From Thermodesulfobacteriota bacterium (GTDB lineage Bacteria; Desulfobacterota; Desulfobulbia; Desulfobulbales; SURF-16): a DNA stretch of 17,050 nucleotides. The translations under genes and the position numbers were made by a program. The notes under the pieces are model-generated. The model had not been told where the DNA came from. It ran no database searches and saw only the letters and a program-made list of their open reading frames with translations. The stretch is from positions 1 through 17,050 of the forward strand of contig JBDLIE010000055.1 of assembly GCA_039715015.1 (NCBI GenBank). Reading direction: 5' to 3'. This document shows, piece after piece, positions 7,016 to 14,908 of the stretch; positions within the stretch are counted from its first letter, which is position 1; every line of letters begins with the position of its first letter.

Positions 7016-8311
7016 TTAAAAATCGAAGAACATAATCCGAGCCGGATTTTCAAAGGTCTCCTTGATCTCGTTCATAAAACGGGCGCCCTCGGCCCCGTCC
7101 AGAATGCGATGATCAAAGGCAAGGACCAACGGCAGCATCAGACGGGCCTGAACCTGTGGCTTGCCATCATCATCCTTACGAATTACCGGCTGCCAGCGGG
7201 CCTGGCCCAGGCCGAGAATGGCGGCTTCCGGATAGTTGATGATGGGCTGAAAGCCGGTACCGCCGATACCGCCTATATTGGTGATGGTGAAAGTGCCGCC
7301 GCTCATCTCCTCCATGCTGAGTTTGCCCTCCCGGGCCTTCTGGGCGAGCTCCGGTAACTCAACAGCCAGCTCCATCATGGTCTTCTTATCAACACCCTTG
7401 ATGACCGGCACCAGCAACCCTTTTTCCGTATCAGTGGCAATGCCCAAATTGAAATATTTCTTTAAAACTATCTCTTCCCGGCCACTATCCAGGCTGGCAT
7501 TAAAGCGAGGCATGATTTCCAGGGCAGCCACCGCCGCCTTCAGAGCAAAGACGGTGATGGTCAATTTGCCGCCATGGTCCTGGACCTCATTGCGATTTTT
7601 TCGGCGGATGGTTTCAAGCTCTGTGATATCGGCCAAATCCTGATGGCAGACATGGGGAATTTGCGACCAAGAAAGTGCCATTTTTTTGGCGATGGCCCTG
7701 CGCACCGAGCGTAAAGGCTGATGCTCCACACTGCCCCATTGGTCAAAATCAGGCAACGCCGGAGGCGCGATCAGATCAGTTGCTGCCGCTGTTGGCTCGG
7801 GGATGATCGAAGATTTTTGAGGAGGCGGTTGCTCCATAGTCGTTTCGCCCTGCTCGGCAAAGGCCCGGACGTCCTCAGCGCTTACCAGCCCTGCCGGGCC
7901 GCTGCCAACTACCTGAGCAAGATCGACCCCCAGTTCCCGGGCCAGCTTGCGGGTGGCTGGTGCGGCGGGAACAGGACCTTTGCGCGGAACAGCCGCTTTT
8001 ATTGCTGGAGCGCCTTGATCCTTTACAGCCGGGGGAGGAAGAGGGGTCTTTTTCACCGCCTCCTCCTTGCCGCCTGCCACCTCAAAGACCAGCATGACCT
8101 CGCCCACATGGACTATGGTCTGGGGCGCAATGAGGACCTCTTCGACCTTGCCGGAATAAGGCGAAGGTATCTCAACCGCAGCCTTGTCCGTCTCCACCAC
8201 AAAGATGACATCGCCTTCGTTGACCTCATCACCGGGAGACACCGACACCTCAAGAATTTCTCCCTCATGGATCCCTTCGCCGAGATCGGGCAGCTTGAAT
8301 TCCTTGCGCAT
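7016..8311 (-). CDS. Dihydrolipoamide acyltransferase (E2) of a 2-oxoacid dehydrogenase complex
   Basis: One lipoyl domain (LPDLGEG...VETDKAAVEIPSP), subunit-binding domain (AAPATRKLARELGVDL...GSGPAG), catalytic domain (GGTFTITNIG, PIINYPE, FDHRILDG). RBS GGAGG. Confidence 0.95.
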   Translation of the reverse strand: MRKEFKLPDLGEGIHEGEILEVSVSPGDEVNEGDVIFVVETDKAAVEIPSPYSGKVEEVLIAPQTIVHVGEVMLVFEVAGGKEEAVKKTPLPPPAVKDQGAPAIKAAVPRKGPVPAAPATRKLARELGVDLAQVVGSGPAGLVSAEDVRAFAEQGETTMEQPPPQKSSIIPEPTAAATDLIAPPALPDFDQWGSVEHQPLRSVRRAIAKKMALSWSQIPHVCHQDLADITELETIRRKNRNEVQDHGGKLTITVFALKAAVAALEIMPRFNASLDSGREEIVLKKYFNLGIATDTEKGLLVPVIKGVDKKTMMELAVELPELAQKAREGKLSMEEMSGGTFTITNIGGIGGTGFQPIINYPEAAILGLGQARWQPVIRKDDDGKPQVQARLMLPLVLAFDHRILDGAEGARFMNEIKETFENPARIMFFDF

Positions 8312-8335
8312 ACAATCCTCCCGCTTAAAAATGGC

Positions 8336-9316
8336 TCATGTTTTTAGCGTTTCCCGCACCGCCTGCACAATGCGGCCCGTATTGGGCATATAGGCACTTT
8401 CCAGGGCAAAGAGGGGGTAGATGATGTCATAGCCGGTCACCCGCTGGATCGGAGCCTCCAGATAGTAAAAGGCCTTTTCCATCAGACGGGCAATGATCTC
8501 CGCCCCTGGCCCGAAACTCTTCGGCGCCTCATGGACCACCACGGCCCGCCCTGTCTTCTGGACCGAGGCCATGATCAACGCATCATCAAGGGGCGAGATG
8601 GTCAGCAGATCAATGACCTCCGCCTCAACGCCATCCTTCGCCAGCAACTCCTCGGCCGCCTCCAAGGTAGGCGTCATCATGGCCCCATAAGCAATGAGGG
8701 TGACATCCTTTCCCTTTCGAACCAGTTGCGGTTGGCCCAGAGGGATCGACTCCTCCTCTTCGGGGACCTCTTCACGAAAGGCACGGTAGAGAGCCTTGGG
8801 TTCAAAGAAGATGACGGGATTTGGATCGCGGATAGCGCTCACCAATAGGGCCCGGGCATTACGCGGCCCAGAGGGGATAACCATCTTAACTCCTGGTGTA
8901 TGGGCAAAGTAGGCTTCACGGCTTTCCGAATGATGTTCCAGGGCACGGACCCCACCGCCATAAGGCATCCTGACCACCAGGGGCACCTCATAGCGCCCTT
9001 GGGACCGATGCCGCATACGGGCGGCATGGGCCTCCAATTGATGGAGGATATAGTAGGAAAATCCGGAAAATTGAATCTCACAGACTGGACGTAGGCCATA
9101 GATCGCCATACCAATGGCCGTGCCGACAATGCCGGACTCGGCCAGGGGAGTATCAAGTACCCGCTCCTCGCCGAACTGCTCCAGCAACTTATCGGTGACC
9201 CGGAAAACTCCGCCGTCCACGCCCACATCTTCACCCTGGAGAAGAACCCGGTCATCCTTTGCCATTTCCTGCTGCATTGCCAAATTCAAGGCCTGTACCA
9301 TGGTCATCTTAGTCAT
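8336..9316 (-). CDS. 2-oxoacid dehydrogenase E1 beta subunit (pyruvate or branched-chain)
   Basis: GEDVGVDGGVFRVT, DTPLAESGIVG, EIQFSGF, EHHSES, FFEPK, KTGRAVVVHEA. Start ATG 9316 (MTKMTMVQAL) after AAGGAGG overlaps the E1 alpha stop by 8 nt. Confidence 0.95.
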   Translation of the reverse strand: MTKMTMVQALNLAMQQEMAKDDRVLLQGEDVGVDGGVFRVTDKLLEQFGEERVLDTPLAESGIVGTAIGMAIYGLRPVCEIQFSGFSYYILHQLEAHAARMRHRSQGRYEVPLVVRMPYGGGVRALEHHSESREAYFAHTPGVKMVIPSGPRNARALLVSAIRDPNPVIFFEPKALYRAFREEVPEEEESIPLGQPQLVRKGKDVTLIAYGAMMTPTLEAAEELLAKDGVEAEVIDLLTISPLDDALIMASVQKTGRAVVVHEAPKSFGPGAEIIARLMEKAFYYLEAPIQRVTGYDIIYPLFALESAYMPNTGRIVQAVRETLKT

Positions 9317-10412
9317 GGTCCACCTCCTTTTGCGCCAGGGCCAAGTTGCTGCGCACCTCCTCTTTTTGCTGGCGCAGGCTGGGCGGGAGCTCGTCATAGG
9401 TATGCTGAAACATATCGAGCGGCTCGCCGCCGGTCATCCGCTGTTCCGATTGCTCAACCACGTCCTGAATCTCCTTGGCTATTTCCTCCTCCATCCCTTC
9501 AAGGGCTTCAGGAGTCAGCAGCCCCTTGTTTTGCAGATACGTCTGGAACCGGATGATGGGGTCCTTCTTCTCCCACTGGGCAACCTCCTCTGCCTCGCGG
9601 TACTTGGTGGGATCGTCGGCTGTGGTGTGCAGGCTTAAGCGATAGGTATAACACTCGATCAGGGTCGGACCGCCGCCAAATCGGGCCCGTTCAACAGCCT
9701 CTTGGGCGGCAGCATAGACAGCCAGAACATCGTTACCATCCACCTGGATGCCGGGCAGCCCGTGGGCAAGGGCCTTCTGGGCAAGGGTCTTGGCATGGGT
9801 CTGCTTTTCACGGGGGATGGAGATGGCCCACTGGTTGTTCTGGCAGACAAAGACCACCGGCGCCTGGTAGACCCCGGCAAAGTTCAGGGCCTCATGAAAA
9901 TCACCCTCCGAAGTTGCGCCGTCCCCGAAAAAGGTCATGGCCACCTGGGGCTGTTTGCGGTACTTGATCGCCATGCCGATGCCCACGGCGTGGAGCATCT
10001 GCGAACCCACCGGGATGGAGACCGGCAGATCATTGCGGCCCTTCTCCACCATGCTCCCCTCGTCATAACCTCCATAATAGAGGATGAAATTCTCCATGGC
10101 TTTACCGCGCCAGATCTCGGCCAGGGTTTCTCGAAAGGCGGGAACCATCCAGTCACTAGGCTCCAGAACGGCAACGGCTCCGAGCTGCGATGCCTCCTGG
10201 CCCTTGATGGGCGGAAAGGTGCCGATGCGCCCCTGGCGTTGCAGGTTGAGCATGCGCTCGTCAAAACGACGGCCGGCAAGCATGGCCCGGTGTAGCTTTA
10301 AGAGAAGTTCCTCACTGAGCTGCGGTTCAAGCTCTTTGTCCACCACCCCGTTCTCGTCCAGAATGGAGAGATACTCGGCACTGTAGGGGAGTTCGATCTT
10401 TTTCCTCGGCAT
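9309..10412 (-). CDS. 2-oxoacid dehydrogenase E1 alpha subunit (pyruvate or branched-chain)
   Basis: QRQGRIG..GQEA, TPP-binding FGDGATSEGDFHE...QNNQWAIS, VDGND, YRLSLHTTADDP. RBS AGGAGG. Confidence 0.95.
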   Translation of the reverse strand: MPRKKIELPYSAEYLSILDENGVVDKELEPQLSEELLLKLHRAMLAGRRFDERMLNLQRQGRIGTFPPIKGQEASQLGAVAVLEPSDWMVPAFRETLAEIWRGKAMENFILYYGGYDEGSMVEKGRNDLPVSIPVGSQMLHAVGIGMAIKYRKQPQVAMTFFGDGATSEGDFHEALNFAGVYQAPVVFVCQNNQWAISIPREKQTHAKTLAQKALAHGLPGIQVDGNDVLAVYAAAQEAVERARFGGGPTLIECYTYRLSLHTTADDPTKYREAEEVAQWEKKDPIIRFQTYLQNKGLLTPEALEGMEEEIAKEIQDVVEQSEQRMTGGEPLDMFQHTYDELPPSLRQQKEEVRSNLALAQKEVDHD

Positions 10413-10575
10413 TGGTCCCTCCTTGTCTTTTTCTGACCACGAAAAAACAGCGACAACAATTTATTCCAATCAAAAAAGTCTCTAACAAACAGGCTATTAA
10501 TTTTTAGATATTGAAGCAAGGACAAGTGCTATTTTATGCCAGGATTTTTCCTGCCTATGAGCCTTCAGGCAACAA

Positions 10576-11679
10576 TTACTCAAACTTGTCAAAGCAGATT
10601 CGTTCAGGGGGCAAGCCCTTTTTGATAAGGAGATCATGGCAGGAATGGACCATGGCAGGTATTCCGCAGATATAGGCATCAAGGGGCGGATTGTCCGGGA
10701 TATATTTTTTAATCAGATCCGTTACCCGCCCCTTTTCGCCGGACCAGTCGTCCTGCTCTGTAGTCCGGGAAAGGGTCGGCACATAGGTAAAATTGGCCAT
10801 GGTACGCTCGAACTCCAGCATCTCATCATAGCAGAGAAGATCTTCAGGCCTTCTATCACCGAAAAAGAGGGTGACCTTCTTGGCGCTGCCTCCCTGTTTA
10901 ATCTGGTTAAGCATGGAGCGAATCGGGGCCAGGCCGGAGCCCGTCGCTATCATCAACAGCTCGCGCTCCGACTCGCGCAGACAGAACTCGCCAAATGGTC
11001 CCCGGAGGGTGAGTTCATCCCCCTCCTTAAGATACTCATGCACATAGGTGGAAACAACGCCCTCCGGCACCCGGGTGATGAGCAGCCCCAGCTCGTGTTC
11101 CTCTGCGGGCGGCGAGGCAATGGAGTAGGCTCGGAACTCAGGTTCGGCGGTCAGCTCATATTTTGGCACCTCAAGCTGGACATACTGGCCGGCCCGAAAA
11201 CTGATCCCCTCTGCCGGGCTGAGGATGCGAAAACTAACAAAGTTAATATCGGGCGTAAACTTTTTGATCTGCTCCACCCGGACCCGAAACTCCTTGACCA
11301 GAAAAAGCTCATCCGGCACCTGGACTTTGAGATCCTCCTTTACCTTGAGCTGGCAGGCAAGGCGAACATGCTGGCTCAGTTCGTTGAGGGTAAGATAGGG
11401 GGTCTCCGTGGGCAGTACCTGTCCGCCCCCCTCCATGACCTGCACCTTGCAATAGGCACAGGTCCCTTTGCCGCCGCAGGCCGAGGGCAGGAAAACACCC
11501 TCATCCGCCAGGGTAAAGAGCAGGGAGCGGCCACCGGTCACCTTAAGGTCCCTCTCCTCATTGATCAGGACATGGCGCTCACCGTAGTCGGCCAGATAGC
11601 GGTCCGCCACCTCAAGGAGAAAGGCCAAAAAAGCAACTATGGCGCTGATGATAGCCAAGCCGATAAGAAGATCAAGCAC
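10576..11679 (-). CDS. nqrF: NqrF-like membrane-anchored 2Fe-2S/FAD NADH oxidoreductase subunit
   Basis: N-terminal TM helix, SACGGKGTCAYC...RLACQ (2Fe-2S), RAYSIAS and GVVSTY (FAD), GPFG, TGSGLAPIRS, YICG, FDKF (NAD domain). GTG start with GGGAGA RBS. Confidence 0.85.
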   Translation of the reverse strand: MLDLLIGLAIISAIVAFLAFLLEVADRYLADYGERHVLINEERDLKVTGGRSLLFTLADEGVFLPSACGGKGTCAYCKVQVMEGGGQVLPTETPYLTLNELSQHVRLACQLKVKEDLKVQVPDELFLVKEFRVRVEQIKKFTPDINFVSFRILSPAEGISFRAGQYVQLEVPKYELTAEPEFRAYSIASPPAEEHELGLLITRVPEGVVSTYVHEYLKEGDELTLRGPFGEFCLRESERELLMIATGSGLAPIRSMLNQIKQGGSAKKVTLFFGDRRPEDLLCYDEMLEFERTMANFTYVPTLSRTTEQDDWSGEKGRVTDLIKKYIPDNPPLDAYICGIPAMVHSCHDLLIKKGLPPERICFDKFE

Positions 11680-11795
11680 GTGTCAAATCTCCCAAATAAT
11701 AACGCGAAATAAGGGTTGCCACCCTGGTAAGCCGGGCATGCTTATAAATGGTCCTTACTCATCCTACAAAAAATATCCATCGGCCAAGCCAACAA

Positions 11796-12389
11796 CTATT
11801 GGACCTGCACCATGCCGCTAAAGGCCATAAAGGCCAGGGAGAGGATGCCGGTGATGAGCAGGGTGATGCCCGGCCCCTCCAAGCCTTTAGGCAGAACGTT
11901 GGTCTTTTGAATTTTTTCCCTGATGGCGCCGACTGCGGAAATGGCCAAGAGCCAACCAATGCCGCTCCCGGCCCCATAGGCCAATGATTGAATCAGGCTG
12001 TACTCCCGGATCACCATGAAAAGCGAGGCCCCGAGGATGGCGCAGTTCACCGTGATCAGGGGCAGAAAGATGCCGAGGAGCTGGTAGAGAGCCGGAAAAT
12101 AGCGTTCAATGGTCATCTCCACCAGCTGGACAAAGGCGGCGATGACAATGATGAAGATGATGTACTGGAAATGAGTCAGGTCAAAGGGCACCAGGACCCT
12201 GTAGTAAATGAGATGGTTCAGGCCGGTTGAGCAGGTCATGACAAAGACCACGGCAAGCCCCAGTCCTGTAGCGGAGCGCAGATTTTTCGAGATACCAATA
12301 TAGGGGCAAAGCCCGAGAAAGTTGGTCAAAAGTATGTTGTTGGTAAATATAGCGGCAAACAACAGCGTGCCCGGATCAATGTTTGTCAT
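11796..12389 (-). CDS. nqrE: NqrE/RnfA-family membrane subunit
   Basis: Highly hydrophobic; NNILLTNFLGLCP, VQLVEM, FLPLITVNCAILG, IREK, AFMAFSG. Confidence 0.88.
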   Translation of the reverse strand: MTNIDPGTLLFAAIFTNNILLTNFLGLCPYIGISKNLRSATGLGLAVVFVMTCSTGLNHLIYYRVLVPFDLTHFQYIIFIIVIAAFVQLVEMTIERYFPALYQLLGIFLPLITVNCAILGASLFMVIREYSLIQSLAYGAGSGIGWLLAISAVGAIREKIQKTNVLPKGLEGPGITLLITGILSLAFMAFSGMVQVQ

Positions 12390-12398
12390 TGTTCATCC

Positions 12399-13022
12399 TC
12401 ACATCTTTAGCCTTTCCGGCTCTGCGGAACCGGCAAAGGACCTGACCAGCCAGACATAGATCCCCAGGGTGAAAAAAGCGCCTGGCGGCATGATCATAAT
12501 GGTCCACGGAGTAAAAGTCTCCGGCATGACCAGGTAGCCGAACAAGGAGCCAAAGCCCAGCAACTCCCGGACAAAGGCCACCCCGAAAAGCACCAGGGAA
12601 AAACCGATCCCCACGGCCAGCCCGTCGAGAAACGAGGGCCAGGCCCGGTTGCTTCTGGCAAAGGCCTCACAGCGCCCCATGATGATACAGTTGGTAATGA
12701 TCAGACCCACATAGGGCCCCAGGGCCTCGCTGATATCAGGCAGGTAGGCCTTGATAACGATATCGAAAATAATGACGTAGGAGGAGATGATCAGGGTCTG
12801 CACCATCATGCGGATACGCAGGGGGGTCAGGTTACGCAGCAGGGAGACCGTGGTGCAGGACATGGTCAGGGTAAAGATCAGGCCGATGTTCATCACCAGG
12901 GTGTTGACCAGCAGGTTTGTCACGGCCAGGGTGGAACAGATGCCCAAGGTATGGCGCAGGATGGGGTTTTCCTGCCACAGTCCCTCCAACATGATCTGCC
13001 GTGCCGCTGTTTTCCTGGCCAT
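12399..13022 (-). CDS. nqrD: NqrD/RnfE-family membrane subunit
   Basis: ENP..LGICSTLAVT, VGLIITNCIIMGRCEAFA, RELLGFG, PPGAFF. ATG 13022 shares one base with the upstream stop (TAATG) and follows GGGGAG. Confidence 0.88.
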   Translation of the reverse strand: MARKTAARQIMLEGLWQENPILRHTLGICSTLAVTNLLVNTLVMNIGLIFTLTMSCTTVSLLRNLTPLRIRMMVQTLIISSYVIIFDIVIKAYLPDISEALGPYVGLIITNCIIMGRCEAFARSNRAWPSFLDGLAVGIGFSLVLFGVAFVRELLGFGSLFGYLVMPETFTPWTIMIMPPGAFFTLGIYVWLVRSFAGSAEPERLKM

Positions 13023-13660
13023 TATTGCTCCCCTTTCTGCCACGCGCGGCCCAGGTCCTTGATCATCTGCAGCTCTTGGTTGACAAAGGTCTCAACCGCC
13101 CTTGTGGTCAGAGTGGCGCCCGTGACTGCGTCAAGCTCCAGTGCTGGTTTGTCCGGGGCAGGCGGGCTTATGGTAAAAAAACCTTCATCACCTGGCTCCT
13201 CCACAAGGGAGAGGCCGGCAAACTGCTCCGTAAACCACGGTTCCGTGATCCTCGCCCCCAGACCGGGTGTTTCCTGATGCCGGTAAAATTCAATGGCCAG
13301 CACCCGGCTAAGCTCCGCATCCACCCCAACCATGGCCTCAATCGGTCCCCAAAAACCTATACCCCGTAAGGCAAAGGCATGACCGAGGCCTTCCTTGCTT
13401 ACCGGATCATGGGCGCTGTAGATGGTCCGCCCCCCGGCCTCGCTTTCGCTGATATGCGATGCAAAAAGTCTTGCGATCTCATCCCTTGGGGCGGTGAAAG
13501 CCTGGGAAATCTTGAGAACCGTTAAGATGACCCGTTGCCGGTTGGCCTGTTGGTTGACAGCTATCCTCTCCTCATTGACCACCTTGGCCACGGTCACCAG
13601 GGAGGTAAAGACAAGGGTGAGGCAGAACATGTAGAACACGGCATAAACCCGTTTATTCAT
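13022..13660 (-). CDS. nqrC: NqrC/RnfG-family FMN-binding subunit
   Basis: N-terminal TM anchor, GFWGPI, HQETPGLGARI, covalent FMN motif DAVTGATLT. ATGA overlap with the upstream gene (13657-13660). Confidence 0.88.
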   Translation of the reverse strand: MNKRVYAVFYMFCLTLVFTSLVTVAKVVNEERIAVNQQANRQRVILTVLKISQAFTAPRDEIARLFASHISESEAGGRTIYSAHDPVSKEGLGHAFALRGIGFWGPIEAMVGVDAELSRVLAIEFYRHQETPGLGARITEPWFTEQFAGLSLVEEPGDEGFFTISPPAPDKPALELDAVTGATLTTRAVETFVNQELQMIKDLGRAWQKGEQ

Positions 13661-14607
13661 GCTCCTGCCCCTCTGCCCTGCTGCAGCCTGCGCACCCCCT
13701 GGTCAAGGAGCGGCACAAGGCCGTTCATGATCAGCACGGCAAACATCAGCCCCTCGGAGAAATTGGAAAAGCCGCGCAAGACAATGGTGAGAGCACCGAT
13801 CATGAAACCAAAGAGCCACTGGCCCGGCCTGGTCTTGGCCCCGGTGACCGGTTCGGTCACGACAAAGACCGTGCCAAAGAGAAAGGAGCCGCTGAGGATG
13901 GTGAGCAGCGGCGGGGCAACCCCAGGAAGTCCGGCCAGATTGAGGGCCACACTTGCCAGCACAGCACCGAGCAGGCATGAAAAAGCCATACGCCAGGAGG
14001 CAATCTTTTTATAGAACAGATAGGCGCCGCACAGCACAATGAGCACGGCAGAGGTTTCCCCCAAGGAACCGGAGGTGGTCCCCAGAAAATGCTGCGCAAG
14101 GGGGGAGGCGGCAAGACCCTCTTTAAAAACGATAAGGGGGGTGGCGCTGGTGACGGCATCAGGCCCCGGCGCCCAGAGGCTGAGGCCAGCGGCATATCCT
14201 GATGCAGGATCTGTCCAGGTGCTGGTCATGGAGGTCGGAAAGGTCACATAAAGAAAGCAGCGGCCCACCATGGCGGGGTTGAAAATATTAAAACCAAAGC
14301 CGCCGAAGGCCATTTTGCCCAAGGCGACGGCAACGATGATGCCGACCATGCCCATCCAGAACGGCAGGGTCGGCGGCAGAGAAAGGGTAAAGATCAGGCA
14401 GGTGACCAGCACCGCCGAGGTGACGGGCTTCCCTCGCTTAAAAACAAAAAGGGCCTCGGTGGCAATACCGCAGGCCAAGATGACCAACGACAGGACCAGG
14501 GCGCGCCAACCGAAAAAATAGACCGAGGCAGCCTGCAGGGGCAGCAAGGCGTAACTCACCTGCAGCATGGGTTTCTGCCTGAAAAACCATTTTGGGGGAA
14601 TGGGCAA
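13657..14607 (-). CDS. nqrB: NqrB/RnfD-family membrane flavoprotein subunit (short, RnfD-sized)
   Basis: KMAFGGFGFNIFNPAMVGR, FMN motif DAVTSATPL, GSLGETS, TEPVT, FAVLIMN..PLLD. Start is TTG 14607 (after GGAAGGA) or GTG 14649. Confidence 0.88.
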   Translation of the reverse strand: MPIPPKWFFRQKPMLQVSYALLPLQAASVYFFGWRALVLSLVILACGIATEALFVFKRGKPVTSAVLVTCLIFTLSLPPTLPFWMGMVGIIVAVALGKMAFGGFGFNIFNPAMVGRCFLYVTFPTSMTSTWTDPASGYAAGLSLWAPGPDAVTSATPLIVFKEGLAASPLAQHFLGTTSGSLGETSAVLIVLCGAYLFYKKIASWRMAFSCLLGAVLASVALNLAGLPGVAPPLLTILSGSFLFGTVFVVTEPVTGAKTRPGQWLFGFMIGALTIVLRGFSNFSEGLMFAVLIMNGLVPLLDQGVRRLQQGRGAGA

Positions 14608-14696
14608 TTTGGTCCTTCCAATTGCAATGTGGGGTTCATGAGAGAGCACCCTGCCAACAGCAGGCGAGCTCGTTTTGAGTCATCCAACTAGAGGGA

Positions 14697-14726
14697 ATTA
14701 GACCACAACCGTTTTTGCTCTGTCAA
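14697..14726 (-). promoter_or_regulatory. Candidate sigma70 promoter for the nqr-like cluster
   Basis: Perfect -35 TTGACA (14726-14721), 18 nt, TCTAAT (14702-14697) with TG one base upstream. The -10 misses the conserved A. Palindrome TCAATTGA (14723-14730) overlaps the -35. Confidence 0.35.
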
Positions 14727-14862
14727 TTGAATTTAGCGGCTGTTTTATTGATCTCGGAGAGCTGCGTGCGAGCAAAGAGGGGGTATATAACACAAAATTA
14801 TCAGGAGAATGAGAAGACATACTCCCAGTGAGGCGGAGGACAAAGAATATGGGAGCCTCTAG

Positions 14863-14905
14863 AACATTACCCTGGGTGGACGTTATGTCCACCCAGGGTA
14901 ATGTT
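14863..14905 (-). terminator. Perfect 19-bp inverted repeat just downstream of icd (terminator or mRNA 3' stem)
   Basis: AACATTACCCTGGGTGGAC (14863-14881), loop GTTAT, GTCCACCCAGGGTAATGTT (14887-14905); 3 nt from the icd stop. Confidence 0.75.
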
Positions 14906-14908
14906 TGC

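Noticed and set aside
10515..10545. Sigma54-like motifs upstream of E1 alpha on the minus strand (TGGCATAAAATAGCA and TAGCACTTGTCCTTGCT)
   Set aside because: Spacing between the -24 and -12 dinucleotides is 9 and 11 nt instead of the required 10, and the second motif has AG instead of GG.
10541..10571. Two small hairpins after the nqrF stop (CAGGA/TCCTG and TGCCT/AGGCA)
   Set aside because: Stems are short and overlapping with no U-tract, too weak to call a terminator.
10636..11712. 358-aa ORF antisense to nqrF, and similar shadows at 1976-2701, 5436-6221, 7721-8347 and 15605-16465
   Set aside because: Each overlaps a well-supported gene on the other strand and shows no domain signature.
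14650..14908. Possible remnant of nqrA/rnfC upstream of nqrB, including ORFs 14698-14997 and 14828-15190
   Set aside because: No RnfC or NqrA motifs seen; both ORFs overlap icd and run through the 19-bp hairpin.
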